Assembly: GCA_963575745.1 (NCBI GenBank)
Contig: CAUYUJ010000024.1
Span: 62,001-119,447 of the forward strand
Length of the DNA stretch: 57,447 nucleotides
DNA from: Prorocentrum cordatum
Lineage: Eukaryota
Direction: 5' to 3'
Below the pieces are notes generated by a model that saw only the letters and a list, made by a program, of their open reading frames with translations, was not told the DNA's origin and ran no database searches. Position 1 is the stretch's first letter; each line of letters begins with the position of its first letter. This document shows positions 46,831-57,447 of this stretch, one piece after another. Position numbers and translations under genes: made by a program.

Positions 46831-47800
46831 TCGATGTTCGACGACGACGACGATCGATGGTCGACGACGGGCGGTCGAGGCAGCGGCCGCGGCGGCCTGG
46901 CGGCCGGCGCGGCGGCAGGACCCCCCCCCCGCAGGAGCCCGGCTGCCCCGAGGCGAGCCAGCGCCGGCTGCTGCAGGCAGCTCGCCGAGCGATCGTCGTC
47001 GATCGTCGACCGTCGCAGTGAGCCATCGTCTTGCGTCGTCGGTCGTCGCCGACGACGCGTTCGTCGTCGTCGTCGGTTTGTCGTCGTCGAAGTCCGCCGA
47101 GCGTCGCCGACGAGGCGTTCGTCGTCGGCGTCGGCGTCGGCGTCGTTGTTCGTCGGTGTCGTCGTCGCCGCCGCGTCGGATGCAGTCTTCATTGGCGTCG
47201 GCGTTTGTCGTCGTTGTCGGCGCCGTCGTCGGCGTTGGCGTCCATCGTCAACTGTCGCCGTCAACGAACGTCGTGCGTCGTCGACCGTCGTCGTCGTCGC
47301 CGCCGCTGTGTCGCATGCAGTCTTCGTCGCCGTCGCCGTCGGCGTCTCCGTCGTCGTCGTCGTCGTCGTCGTCGTCTTCGTCGTCTTCGTCGTCTTTGTC
47401 GGCGTCGTTGTCGTTGTTGTCGTCGGGGTCGTCGTCGTCGTTGTTGTTGTCGTGATGGTCGTCGAGTAGGAGAGGGAATCTATGTTCTGTCGTTTTAGGT
47501 ACATTTTATGTAACCAGGTGCCCGTGGGGAGGCTCCTGGGACATCAGAAGGCATCCGGGAGGCCTTTCGAGACTTTTGGATCCCTCCAGAGGCAGCGCAC
47601 GACGTCGTTGGTTTTTGTCGTTTCTGTCATGGTCGTAAGCGTGTTCGTGGTCGTAGTGTTGGTCGTGGTCGTGGTCGTGGTCGTGGCCGTGGCCGTGGCC
47701 GTGGCCGTGGCCGTGGCCGTCGTCGTCGTCGTCGTCGTTGCCGTCGTCGTTGCCGTCGTCGTCGTTGTCGTTGTCGTCGTCGAGTGTCGATGTTTCAGGT
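46570..47800. repeat. (GAC)n then (GTC)n degenerate triplet tracts
   Basis: Directly visible; further GTC tract at about 48925-49690. Confidence 0.9.
46935..46976 (+). CDS. Candidate micro-exon (EPGCPEASQRRLLQ)
   Basis: 42 nt, phase 0; acceptor C10-GCAG|G, donor CAG|GC. Confidence 0.5.
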
Positions 47801-47970
47801 ACGACGGTTGAAGTGCCAGGATCGACGATCGAGGTAGGACGATCGAAGTTCGAGGATCGCGTTTCCAGGTGTTCAGCCGTCGTCGGTTTTCCTGTTGGGG
47901 CAGAGGATCACGTGGGGCAGAAGATCACGTCGGCCGTCATCGTCAGCGTGTTTGAACAGTCGTTCCAGGG

Positions 47971-48168
47971 TTAGGTCGGGCCTGTCCCCCTACAGGGGGC
48001 TTTTCGACGAAATATAAAACATACCCCCAAAATCGTCAACAAATAGTCCCCCAAAATAGTCTGGGGACTATGTTTTGAGCATTTTTTTTATACATTTTTG
48101 GGGTATGTTTGGGGTATTCTTTATTCTTCGTCGAAAATCCCCCTGTATGGGGGACAGGCCCGACTTAC
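47971..48168. mobile_element. 198-bp MITE with ~41-bp TIRs and an 8-bp TSD (hAT-like)
   Basis: TTAGGTCGGGCCTGTCCCCCTACAGGGGGCTTTTCGACGAA and its inverted copy; TTCCAGGG at 47963-47970 and 48169-48176. Confidence 0.85.
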
Positions 48169-49357
48169 TTCCAGGGAGACGGGTTGCTCTTGGCCCGCGG
48201 AGGCGGTTCTGGGATCTCTGGCCTCGCCACGCCGGCGCGAGCGCGGGCATCCTTCCGGGCCCTGGCCTGCGCAGGCCCAGCTGCGACGACGACGGCTCTC
48301 AGTGGACACCTCCTCACCATTTGCTTCGAGACGCCCTGGCCGGAGGGGCCCCGAACTCAGGAGCGGCGCCCTCGCTCGAGGCTGCCCGCATGCAGTCAGG
48401 TTGGTGAAGGCCTGCCACGACGACAGCGGCTCCCGTGCGATACTTCCTCGCAATCGACTCCGAGGCGCCGTGGCGCCTTGGCCAGAGACGCCTAGGCTCT
48501 AAGGAATGGCGATCATCCACTTGGGTTGGTGAAGGCCCAACTGCGACGACAACGGCTCCCACTCGATACTACCACAAGCTTGGGTCAGATGCATGCTCAT
48601 GCCCATCAATGGCGCGCCCGCCCGAGATTTTCTGGCAATGCACTTGGGCAGGTGAAGGCCCAGTTGCAACGACAACGGCTCCTGCTCGATACCTCGCGCT
48701 TACTTCGGGGACGCCCTGGCCATATACCTCCTTTCATTCAGGCATGGCACCCGAGGTGCCACAGCAGTCCACAGAGGGTTCCGTCCGTCGCCCTCTCATT
48801 CAGGCATGGCCCACCAAAGAAGGCTGGTGCATAGACATAGCATTTAGAAGGCGGGTACAAGGGAGAGGGATATGCAAATGGAGGTTAAACCAGCTCCTTG
48901 GATCAATTGTTAGCAGGGTGCTCGGCGTCGTCGCCGTCGTCGGTTTTCGTCTTCGTCGTCGTCGTCGTCGTTGTCGTCGTCGGCGGTGTCTTCATCGTCT
49001 TCGTCGTCGTAGTCATTGTCGCGGTCGGTCGTCGTGCCGTCCCGCCGTTGCCGTTGTCGTCGTCAGTGGCGGCAGCGTCGTCGTCGTTGTCGTCGTCCGT
49101 TTCTTCTTGGGGTGTCGATCGTCATCGTTACCACCGTCGTCGCCCTCGCCGTTGTCGTCGTCGGGCGCCTGTATCCGTCGGCCTCTTCGTCATAATGGTT
49201 GTCCTCCTAGGTTGTGAGGGTCGTCATCTTCGCCGTCTTCGTCGTCGTCGGCAATCGTCGTCGGTTGTCACCGTCGTCGTCTTCCTCCTTGTCGTCGTGG
49301 TCGTCGCCATCGTCATCGTCGCCCATTGTCGCCGCCACCTCCGTCAATCGTCGTAAG

Positions 49358-49399
<42 letters not shown>

Positions 49400-49747
49400 A
49401 CGTCTTGTCGCTCAGCAGCCAGGATTTGGGCCTTCTCCTTGGGCCCCTTGATGTGGCGGATGACTTCGGCCGCCGTCATGGGCCGTCCTCATCGCCGTGG
49501 TGGTCGTCGTTGTCGTCTGCGATTGTCGCCACTGCCGCCGCCATCGGCTTCGTCGTCGCCATCGCCGTCGTCCTCATCGCTGCTCCGTGGTGATAGTGGT
49601 TGTGGTAGTGTTCGTCGGTCGTCGGTCGACCTGCCGTCGTCGTCGTCCGTCGCCGCCGTCGTCGTCGTCATCGTCGTCGTCGTCGTCGCCGTCCGGACTT
49701 CCCGAACCTCAGACCTCAACCTCCACGACGATGACGACCTACCGCAG

Positions 49748-49810
49748 GTCGTTGGGTCGCTGGAGGGAGCCCTGCTGGCGGCGCTGATGGCGGGCGTTGC
49801 GGCGAACGAG
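49748..49810 (+). CDS. Candidate micro-exon (VVGSLEGALLAALMAGVAANE)
   Basis: 63 nt, phase 0; acceptor CCGCAG|G, donor GAG|GC. Confidence 0.5.
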
Positions 49811-51353
49811 GCCCTGACCAGGGGCTGCCGCTGGCCTCTCCTCCTTCCCCCTTCTCCTCCTCCCTCGTCATGATACTTCTCCTCCTCCTCCTCCTCCTCC
49901 TCCTCCTCCTCCTCCTCCTCCCCTCCGCCCCTGCCTTCTCTCTCACCTCTTCTCTTCTCCTTCTCGTCGACGTCGTCAGAGGGGGAGAGCGAGGAGCATG
50001 AGCGGGAGGAGGAGTTAGCGAAAGAAAGAAGGAGATTGAGCTGATGGTGATGGTGGTGGTGATGCAGGATGTTGGATATGATCTGGTGTTGATTGTGTTG
50101 ATGATGGTGATGGTGCTGAGCATGGGATGTACCTATGTCGTCGATTATGATACTGATGGTCGTGATGACGATTGTGGTTGCACTGCTGAGGATGAGGTAG
50201 GATGACGATGCTGCTGTTGATGACGATTGTGCTGGTGGTGATGTTGGTGGTGATCGCTCACACCCGTAGTGTCAGTGGCCCGCGGCTTGCCCGCGGGAAG
50301 GCAAGACAGGATGACAGGATGGCAAGAAAGGACGGCAAGACGGCAACACCGGCAAGTGCAACAGTCACAGCAGCTGTAGCAGCGTCGGGACCGCGGCGGC
50401 CATGCTGGGATGCGCGTGTCCAGGGTGGCAGGACCAGCTGCCAGCGCTGGGCAGGCGCTGCTGTTCCTCGACGATCTGCGCTGCGTTGGGGGCAACGCAG
50501 CAGAATTTGCTGCCTTAGCTGCGCGCCGCGTCGCGCAGCTGCCAAAGGTGCCCGACTAAGTCGGGACCCCCCAAGGCGCCTGCGGTTGCGCATGTCGCTC
50601 GAACGTGCCTGTCATTAAGAACAACAATCACAGCACGGAAATGCAAGGAGGAGGAAGAGGAACCTCCCCGAGGAGGAGGAGGAGGAGAAGGAGGAGGAGG
50701 AGGAGGCGGAGGAAGAGGAGGGAGGAGGAGGAGGAGGAGGAGGAGGAGGAGGAGGAGAAGGAGGAGGGGGAGGAGAAGAGGAGGACGAGGAGGATGGGGA
50801 GGGGGAGGAGGAGTAGGCGAAGGACGGAGGGGGGGGGAGGAGGGTGAGGAGGAGGAGTGAGAGGAGGAGGCGGAGGAGGAGGAGGAGGAGGAGGAGGAGG
50901 AGGAGGAGGAGGAAGGAGGAGGCGGAGGAGTGCGATGCCAAGGAGAAGGATGGAACAGGAGGAGGAGGAGGAGGGAGGAGGGGGCGGAGGAAGGAGGAAG
51001 AGGAGGAGGAGGAGGAGAAGGAGGTGGTGTGGAGGAGGAGGCGGAGGGCGGCGGAGGAGGAGGAGAGAAGGAGGAGGAGGGATGGATGAGGAGGAGGACG
51101 GAGTAGGAATGAGGGATGGAGGGACGAGGGAGGAGGGAGTAGGGAGGAGGGAGGAGGGAGGGTGGAGGAGGAGGAGGAGGGGAGGAGGAGGAGGAGGAGG
51201 AGGAGGAGGAGGAGGAGGAGGAGGAGGAGGAGGAGGCGAAGGAGACATGCCGATCTTGAGCGGATCTGGGCTGGGCGGGAGAGCCGACGCTGTCCCAGCT
51301 GGCCCTCCTCCGATGCTCGGCCCGTGGGCTCAGCCACCGCCGACGCCGGCGAG

Positions 51354-51404
51354 GTCTTGGGCGCGGCTTCGACGGCGGACGAGATCGCCGAGGCCCTCGG
51401 CAAG
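51354..51404 (+). CDS. Candidate micro-exon (VLGAASTADEIAEALGK)
   Basis: 51 nt, phase 0; acceptor CGAG|G, donor AAG|GC. Confidence 0.5.
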
Positions 51405-51455
51405 GCCTCCTCCCCCGCGCGGGGCATCACTAGAGAGCTAGATATGAATGCCATT

Positions 51456-51605
<150 letters not shown>

Positions 51606-54239
51606 ACTGGCGCCGCCACGACCACTCGTGAGCCATACCGGCCTCTTCCGCCAGCCCTCGTCAGTGTGCTTGAATTGCAGCACTGCTTCCCAGATTTCTG
51701 TCGGTACGACCGAGAAGGTCAACAACTACGGCTGTGAATGCAGTTCGGTGACGCTGCCATTTCGTTTGTGAGAACACGACGGAACCACACCTATATGTCG
51801 AAGACGCCTACAGACAATTTCCGCAGCCCCCTGCTATTTCGAATCGCCCATGTGGCCGAGCATTGTGGCAAAAGCTCTGCCAAGCTGTCCGACCATGTGT
51901 TCCCCCCAGCCGTTGTGGAAACTTTTTGAGGAGCGAACATATTGGGGGAGGATGGCGGGCAAGATCAGGAGCTGGAGAAGGAGGAGGAGGAGGAGGAGGA
52001 GGAGGAGGAAGACGAGGAGGAGGACAGGGAGGAGGAGGAAGGTGGAGGAGGAAGAGGAGGAGGAAGAGGAGGACGAGGGAGGAGGAGGGAACAAGGCAGG
52101 AGAAGAGGTAAGGAGGAGGAGAAAGACGAGGATGAGGAGAGGGAGGAGGAGGGGAGGCGGAGGAGGAGGAGGAGGAGGAGGAGGAGGTGGTGGAGAGGTG
52201 GAGGAGGAGGAGACGCGAGGAGGGAGCGCGAGGAGGAGGAGAGGAGGAGGAGGAGGAGGAGGAGGAGGAGGAGGCGGAGGCGGAGGGAAGACGAAGGTGG
52301 GAGGAGAGGGAGGAGGAGGAGGAGGTGGAGGAGGAGGAGGAGGAGGAGGAGTGAGAAGGAGGAGGAGGTGGAGGAGGAGGTAGGAGGAGGAGGAGGGGAG
52401 GACGAGGAGGCGAGGAGGACGAGGAGGCCGAGGAGGACGGGAGGAGGATGAGGAGGAGGAGGAGGAGGACCAGGAGGAGGGGAGGAGGAGGAGGAGGAGG
52501 AGGAGGAGCAGGAGGAGGAGGAGGGAGGAGGAGGAGAAGGAAGACGAGGAGGGGACATCTTTGGAGCCTCTGGGGGGGCACTCTTGGGGCCTCCTGGGAG
52601 CTTCCTGGGGGTCTCTTGGATGTATCTTGGGGGCCTCCTTGGGCCTCTTGGGAGCCTTTGGGGGCTTCTCGGGGGCGTCTTTGGCTGTCTTTCATGGCCC
52701 GTCTGACGCCGTCGGCAGCCCTCTTGGGTGCCTTTCTGGGCCGACTTGGGGCCCTCTTTGGGTGCTCCAGGGCCGCCTTCGAGGCCAACTTGGGCGTCTT
52801 GGAGGCCTCTTGGGCCGTTTTGGGGCCCTCCTGGGGCCGTTTTGGGGGCCTCCTGGGCCATTCTAGGGCAATCTTAGAGGCCTCTTGGGCGATCTTGGGG
52901 CAATCGTTGGGGGCTCTTGAGCCTTCTCGGGCCGTCGGAAGGCCGAGCAGAAGCATATGCCAACATCCTTCCAACAACCTCAGGAACATCAGTCATGTTG
53001 GCCTCGTTGGGCCTTCCTGGAGGCCCTCTTGGCGGCCTCTTGGGCGGTCTTGGAGGCCTCTTGAGGGCCTCTTGGGCCGTCTTAGGCAATCTTGGAGCCA
53101 TCTTTGGCCTTCTTGGTGGGCTCCTGGCCCGCCTGACTCCGTCGGCAGCCATCTTGGGGTCCTCTCTGGGCCGACTTGGTGCCCTCTTGGGTGTCACAGG
53201 GCCTTCTTGGATGCCAACTTGGGCGTCTTGGAGGCCTCTTAGGTCGTCTTGGGGCCCTCTTGGGGCCATTTTGGAGGCCTCCTGGGCCGTTCTGGGGCCA
53301 TCTTGGAGGCCTCTTGGGCGATCTTGGAACGATCGTTGGGTGCTCCTTGGCCGTCTCGGGCCGTCAGAAGGCCGAAAAGGAGTAAATGCCGAAATCCGGC
53401 AAAAACCACATGACAATCATTGATTTTGGCCTCTTCGGGCCTTCTGGAGGCCCTCTTGGGGGCCTCTTGGGCCGTCTTGGGGGCATCTTGGGGGCCTCAT
53501 GTGCCGTCTGCCGTCGTCTTGAGGCCATCGTGGGACGTCTTGGAGGCGTCTTGGTTGGACTTGGAGGTATCTTGGACATTTTGAGGCCATCTTGGAGGCC
53601 ATGCTGAGCCATCTTGGGCGAACGTGGAGGCCATCTTGAGCTTGGAGGCCGTCTTGGAGGCGATGGGGATTTTGTCTGCGAGTTGTCCGCCTTCGGTGTG
53701 GCCGGCGCGCTAGGCCGGATCCCCAGAGGGAGTTCTTTCGAAAAAGAGCCAAAATCAAACCACTAGGATCTAGCACGCCAGGCACCCCTGTGGCAAGACC
53801 ACAGGGGGCGGCGGATGACGGAAAGCGCGCGAAGCGTCGCGATCCGATAGTCGGGAGAAATAACAGATGGAGGGTGGGGGGGTAGGCAGCCCGGGACCCA
53901 GGACGGCCCAAATGGGCCCCAGGACGGCCCACAAGAGCCCCCAAAGGACTCCCAGGAAGGCCAGAAAATACATTTTTTTTATTTTCGCAAGGTTGGTTGC
54001 TAGATGTTCGTACGTCGTACCGAAGCCTTAAGACCAACAGGGCTCCAACAGGGCCCCCCAAAGGAGCTCCCAAAGGCAAGAATCGCCCCTTTTCCCTTGG
54101 GAAAATTTGGTTCTTCACAGCGTCCAAGATTGCCCAAGAGGCCCCCAAGACCGCCCCAAGACGGCCCAAGAGGCCCCCAAGAGGGCCCCAAGACGGCCCT
54201 ACTGGGCTCCAAGACGGCCCAAGAGAGCCTCAAGACGGC

Positions 54240-54260
54240 CCGTAGCCATTTTGGCTCAAG
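54240..54260 (+). other. Dinoflagellate spliced leader (21 of 22 nt) at the 5' end of the psbF retrocopy
   Basis: CCGTAGCCATTTTGGCTCAAG, ending 66 nt upstream of the ATG. Confidence 0.97.
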
Positions 54261-54326
54261 CCCTTTTTTTCCGCAGCGCGCCCGCGCTCCGCCCTCGCAC
54301 GTTCGCCCCCCGCCGCTCGGGCGCCG

Positions 54327-54719
54327 ATGGCGTTCCGCTGCCTCGCGCTGGCCGCCCTGGTGGGCGGCGCTGCCGCCTTCGTGCCCGCGGCCCCGGCCGC
54401 GGCGCGCGCCGAGCCCGCGGGCGTGGCCCAGCGCACTGGGGCCGCGCCTTCGGGAGCCCCCGCGGCCGATGACGCCGCCCCGTGGTCGACCTGCCTGGTC
54501 GGCGGCGCGGCTGTGGGCTACGCGGTCGCGGCGGCGAGCGCGTTTGGCCGCTCGCAGCGCACCGCGGCGAGGGCGGAGGCGAAGCCGCAGATTGCGGCGG
54601 CGAGGACGCCCGTGGCCTACCCGATCTTCACCTTCCGCTGGCTGGCGGTGCACATGCTGGCCGTGCCGACCGTCTTCTTCTTGGGCGCGATCAGCTCCAT
54701 GCAGTTCATCCAGCGCTGA
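54327..54719 (+). CDS. psbF: Nucleus-encoded cytochrome b559 beta subunit precursor (photosystem II), intronless retrocopy
   Basis: C-terminus [33 protein letters not shown] is the PsbF signature with the haem-ligand His. N-terminus has a signal peptide ending AAA|FVP, a transit peptide, a hydrophobic segment and an Arg-rich stretch, as in peridinin plastid presequences. Confidence 0.96.
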   Translation: MAFRCLALAALVGGAAAFVPAAPAAARAEPAGVAQRTGAAPSGAPAADDAAPWSTCLVGGAAVGYAVAAASAFGRSQRTAARAEAKPQIAAARTPVAYPIFTFRWLAVHMLAVPTVFFLGAISSMQFIQR

Positions 54720-56945
54720 GCAGGCGGCCTCAGGGGGGCGCGCGGGTGCCCCGGTGTGGTGTTTTTGGTGCAGAGGCGGCGACGGGGGGGGGCTCGCGGC
54801 GGCCGCGGTTCGCCTCCATACGCCGGCGCGCGCAAGAAAAAGAGAACCTCAGGACGGCCCAAGGGAGGCTCCAGATTCCCAAGAGAGCTCCGAGAGGGCC
54901 ACAGGAGGTCTCCAAGAGGGTCCCTGAGGGACCCGAGAGGGCCACAAGACACCCCTAGCCCCCCAAGACGGCCCGAGAGGGCCCCAGGACGGCCAAAGAG
55001 GGCCCCAAGACGGCCCAAAAGAGCCCCAGAAGCACCCCCAGGAAGACCGGAAAACGCAGTGTCCATTTCTTTTCGCACAACTATTTGCTAGACTTTTGCA
55101 TGTCGTGCCAAAGCCTTGACACCAACAGGGCTCCAAGACACTAAGCCAACGACCTCGCACCCACACAAAGTATACGCACTTTCCGTCCCCGTGCTGAGCA
55201 GGTGACGGAAAGCGCGCGTGGCGTGCGATCCGTTGGCCGGAAGGAATTGAACTAGGGGGGTGCAGAGGGGATGGCATCCGCAGCCCGTGGGTTTAATGGC
55301 CCTAGTTTCCTCCCAAGAGGCCTCCAGAGGCCTCAAGATAGTCGTAGACGGTCCAAGACGGCCTCCAAGACGGCTCCGGAGGGATCAAGAGGCTTCCAGC
55401 TTCGCCCGAGATGCGTCCAAGACGGCCCAAGACGCCTCCAAGACGGTCCAAGAGGCCTCCAAGGCGCCCCAAGAGGTTTCCAAGGGGCCTCCCAAGAGGG
55501 CCAACAGAGGCACACATCATGGATTTCTGATGGTTTTTGAATGGTTTGTACGGTTCTCGCCTTTTCGGCTCCCCGACGCTCCAAGATGGCCCCAGAGGCC
55601 AGATCACTCCACGACGGCCCAAGAGGCCCCCAAGACTGGCCCAAGTCGGCCGAAGAGGGCTGCCAGACGGCCCCAGGACGGCCCCAGAGGTCTCCGAGAC
55701 GGCCCGAGAGGCCCCAAAGACGGCTCCAAGGGGGTGCCCAGACGGGGTGCCCGCACGGTCTTTTCTGGCCCTCGGCCCCAGGGGGCCCCAAGAGGCCCCT
55801 AAGAGGCCCCCAAGAGGCACGCGAGGAGCGATGAGAGGGAGGAGGAGGAGGAGGAGGAGGAGGAGGAGGAGGAGGAGGAGGAGGAGGAGGAGGGACTGTT
55901 GGGGACATCTCGCACTACGGGTTCAATTCAATTTTTCATCGGTTTGAGATACGCATAACCAACACCCCCACAAAGGCGCGGAGAAACCACACCGATATAT
56001 TCTCGGAGCCCCCGAAGAGGCTTCCATTAATCCCCTGATGATCATTCCAGGAGATTCCAAGAGGTATCCAACACGCCTCTCATTCATATACCGTTGGTTT
56101 CATTCGCCCTACCTGCGGTATCAATAAGCATCAGTTTCCTCCCAAGAGGCCTCCTGCGGTCTTGAGATAACCAAGGACAGCGCCGAGATGCCACCAGGAT
56201 GCCCAAAGAGACCTTCTGGATGGGAAGACGGGAAGATAGAGGGGCGGAACGGACAGGCCAGCGATTTGCTGCGTTCTGAAAACAACTACGCCTTCCGTCC
56301 CCGTGCCAAGCAGGTGTAATGGCCTTCGGCCCATCCCGCCACCGTGCCTTGGTTTTTGGGTATGAAGCCTATTGGATGTTCGTTGGGATCTCGTGGGGAG
56401 CCTCTCGGGGGCCTCTTGGCGGTAGTTTGGAGGCCTCTTTAGGGCCGGTTCGGGGCCTGCTGGGGCTTCTTTTGGGCCTCTTGGGGCCTCCTGGGGGCCT
56501 CGTGGGGCGGAAGGCCAGATTTTCGGTTCGTGTTCTGTCTCTTGGGCCCCTTCTGGGGCTGTCTTGGGGCCCTCTTGGGGCCCTCTTGGGCCGTCTTGGA
56601 GCCCTCTTGGGCCGTCTTGGGGCGCTCTTACGCCGACTTGGGGCCCTCTTGGAAGCCTCTTGGGCCGGTATGGGGTGGTCTTGGGGACCTCTTGGGCCGT
56701 CTGAGAGCGCCGGAAAGCCGAAAAGGCGAGAACGCCCAAGGCTTTCAAACTGAGGCAATTCAAGATGTTTGCCCCTTTGGGGCCCTCTAGGGAGGCCTCT
56801 TGAAGGCCTCCTGGGTCGTCTTGGAGGCTTCTTGGGCCGTTGTGACGTCATCTTGGGCGTCTGGAGCCAGCCTTTGGGCGTCTCGGGGCCCTCTTGGACC
56901 GTCTTGGAGGCCGCTTGGGGCCCTCTTGGCCCGTCTTGGGGTCTT

Positions 56946-57076
56946 CTTGGCATCGCTCGGACGTGTGCATTTTTCTTTCGGCGAGGACCATCGAGGAGCA
57001 TCCTTGATCGTTTGGCGAAAAAACCACGCGCGAAACCGAAAAAAGCACAGGGAATGGACGTCCGAGCGATGCCCAG
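56946..57076. mobile_element. Second copy of the 134-bp MITE family
   Basis: GGCATCGCTCGGACGT ... ACGTCCGAGCGATGCC; interior homologous to 27032-27165; TSD imperfect. Confidence 0.8.
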
Positions 57077-57447
57077 TCTGGGGCCCGGCAAGGTCACGCG
57101 GGGAAGCGCGCCGGAGCCCAGGGGGCACGCGGGAAGTCCCAAGAGGCCTCGGAATCGGGGGTCCGGGCCCTCGAAGACTCCGCAGGGCTGAGGACTGAGG
57201 CTCCAGGGCTCAGGCAGAAGGACTTCAGAGCACGCCAACTCCGTGCCACATGTTTGTATAGTTATATCTACGCATGCATGTATGTTTGTATGTATGTACG
57301 TACGTACGTATGTATGTACGTAGGTATGTATATGTGTGTATGTATGTATGTGTTTATGTGTGTACGCATGCATGAATGCAGGCAGGCAGGCACGCATGCA
57401 TGTATATATGTATGTATGTGTGTATGTATGTCGGTATGTATGCACAT

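Larger units (their letters stand above)
52560..56945. repeat. Degenerate 10-11-bp (GGCCCCAAGA/TCTTGGGGCC) minisatellite-rich repeat family in both orientations
   Basis: TCTTGG blocks at 52560-53660 and 56370-56945; CCAAGA blocks at 53890-54240, 54860-55040 and 55305-55820. Confidence 0.85.

Noticed and set aside
48270..48720. 260-aa ORF with repeated WxGEGPxATTTAPxRY
   Set aside because: Degenerate ~123-bp nucleotide repeat; no recognisable domain or splice context.
53265..53274. GCCATTTTGG as a third SL relic
   Set aside because: Continues AGGCCT and is a variant of the surrounding GCCATCTTGGAGG minisatellite.
54004..55078. Overlapping ORFs around psbF
   Set aside because: Alternative frames of GC-rich sequence; only 54327-54719 matches a known protein.

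Overview
GC-rich, extremely repetitive eukaryotic nuclear DNA from a peridinin-type dinoflagellate. The evidence is two exact genomic copies of the dinoflagellate spliced leader (SL) and a nucleus-encoded psbF with an FVP-type presequence; the species cannot be determined from sequence alone. Almost all six-frame ORFs are artefacts of satellites and microsatellites. Supportable content: (1) an intact, intronless psbF retrocopy (54327-54719) with a 5' SL, a short A-rich tail and a ~21-bp target-site duplication (TSD); (2) two minus-strand LINEs with a RanBP2-zinc-finger/coiled-coil ORF1 and an APE-RT-zinc finger-RNase H ORF2. Both sit in (CCT)n tracts in the same orientation. LINE-A starts with a perfect 22-nt SL; LINE-B has an intact ORF1 but lacks its RT core; (3) candidate plus-strand micro-exons that join in frame, suggesting the LINEs are intronic; (4) a Helentron/DINE-like element carrying a 79-bp satellite (two copies), several MITEs, a 200-nt foldback, a ~5-kb degenerate GAT tract and other satellites. 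The most interesting picture is an SL-capped, microsatellite-targeting LINE family that may use host trans-splicing instead of a promoter, and may be the machinery that recycles host mRNAs such as psbF into the genome. That mechanism is inference.
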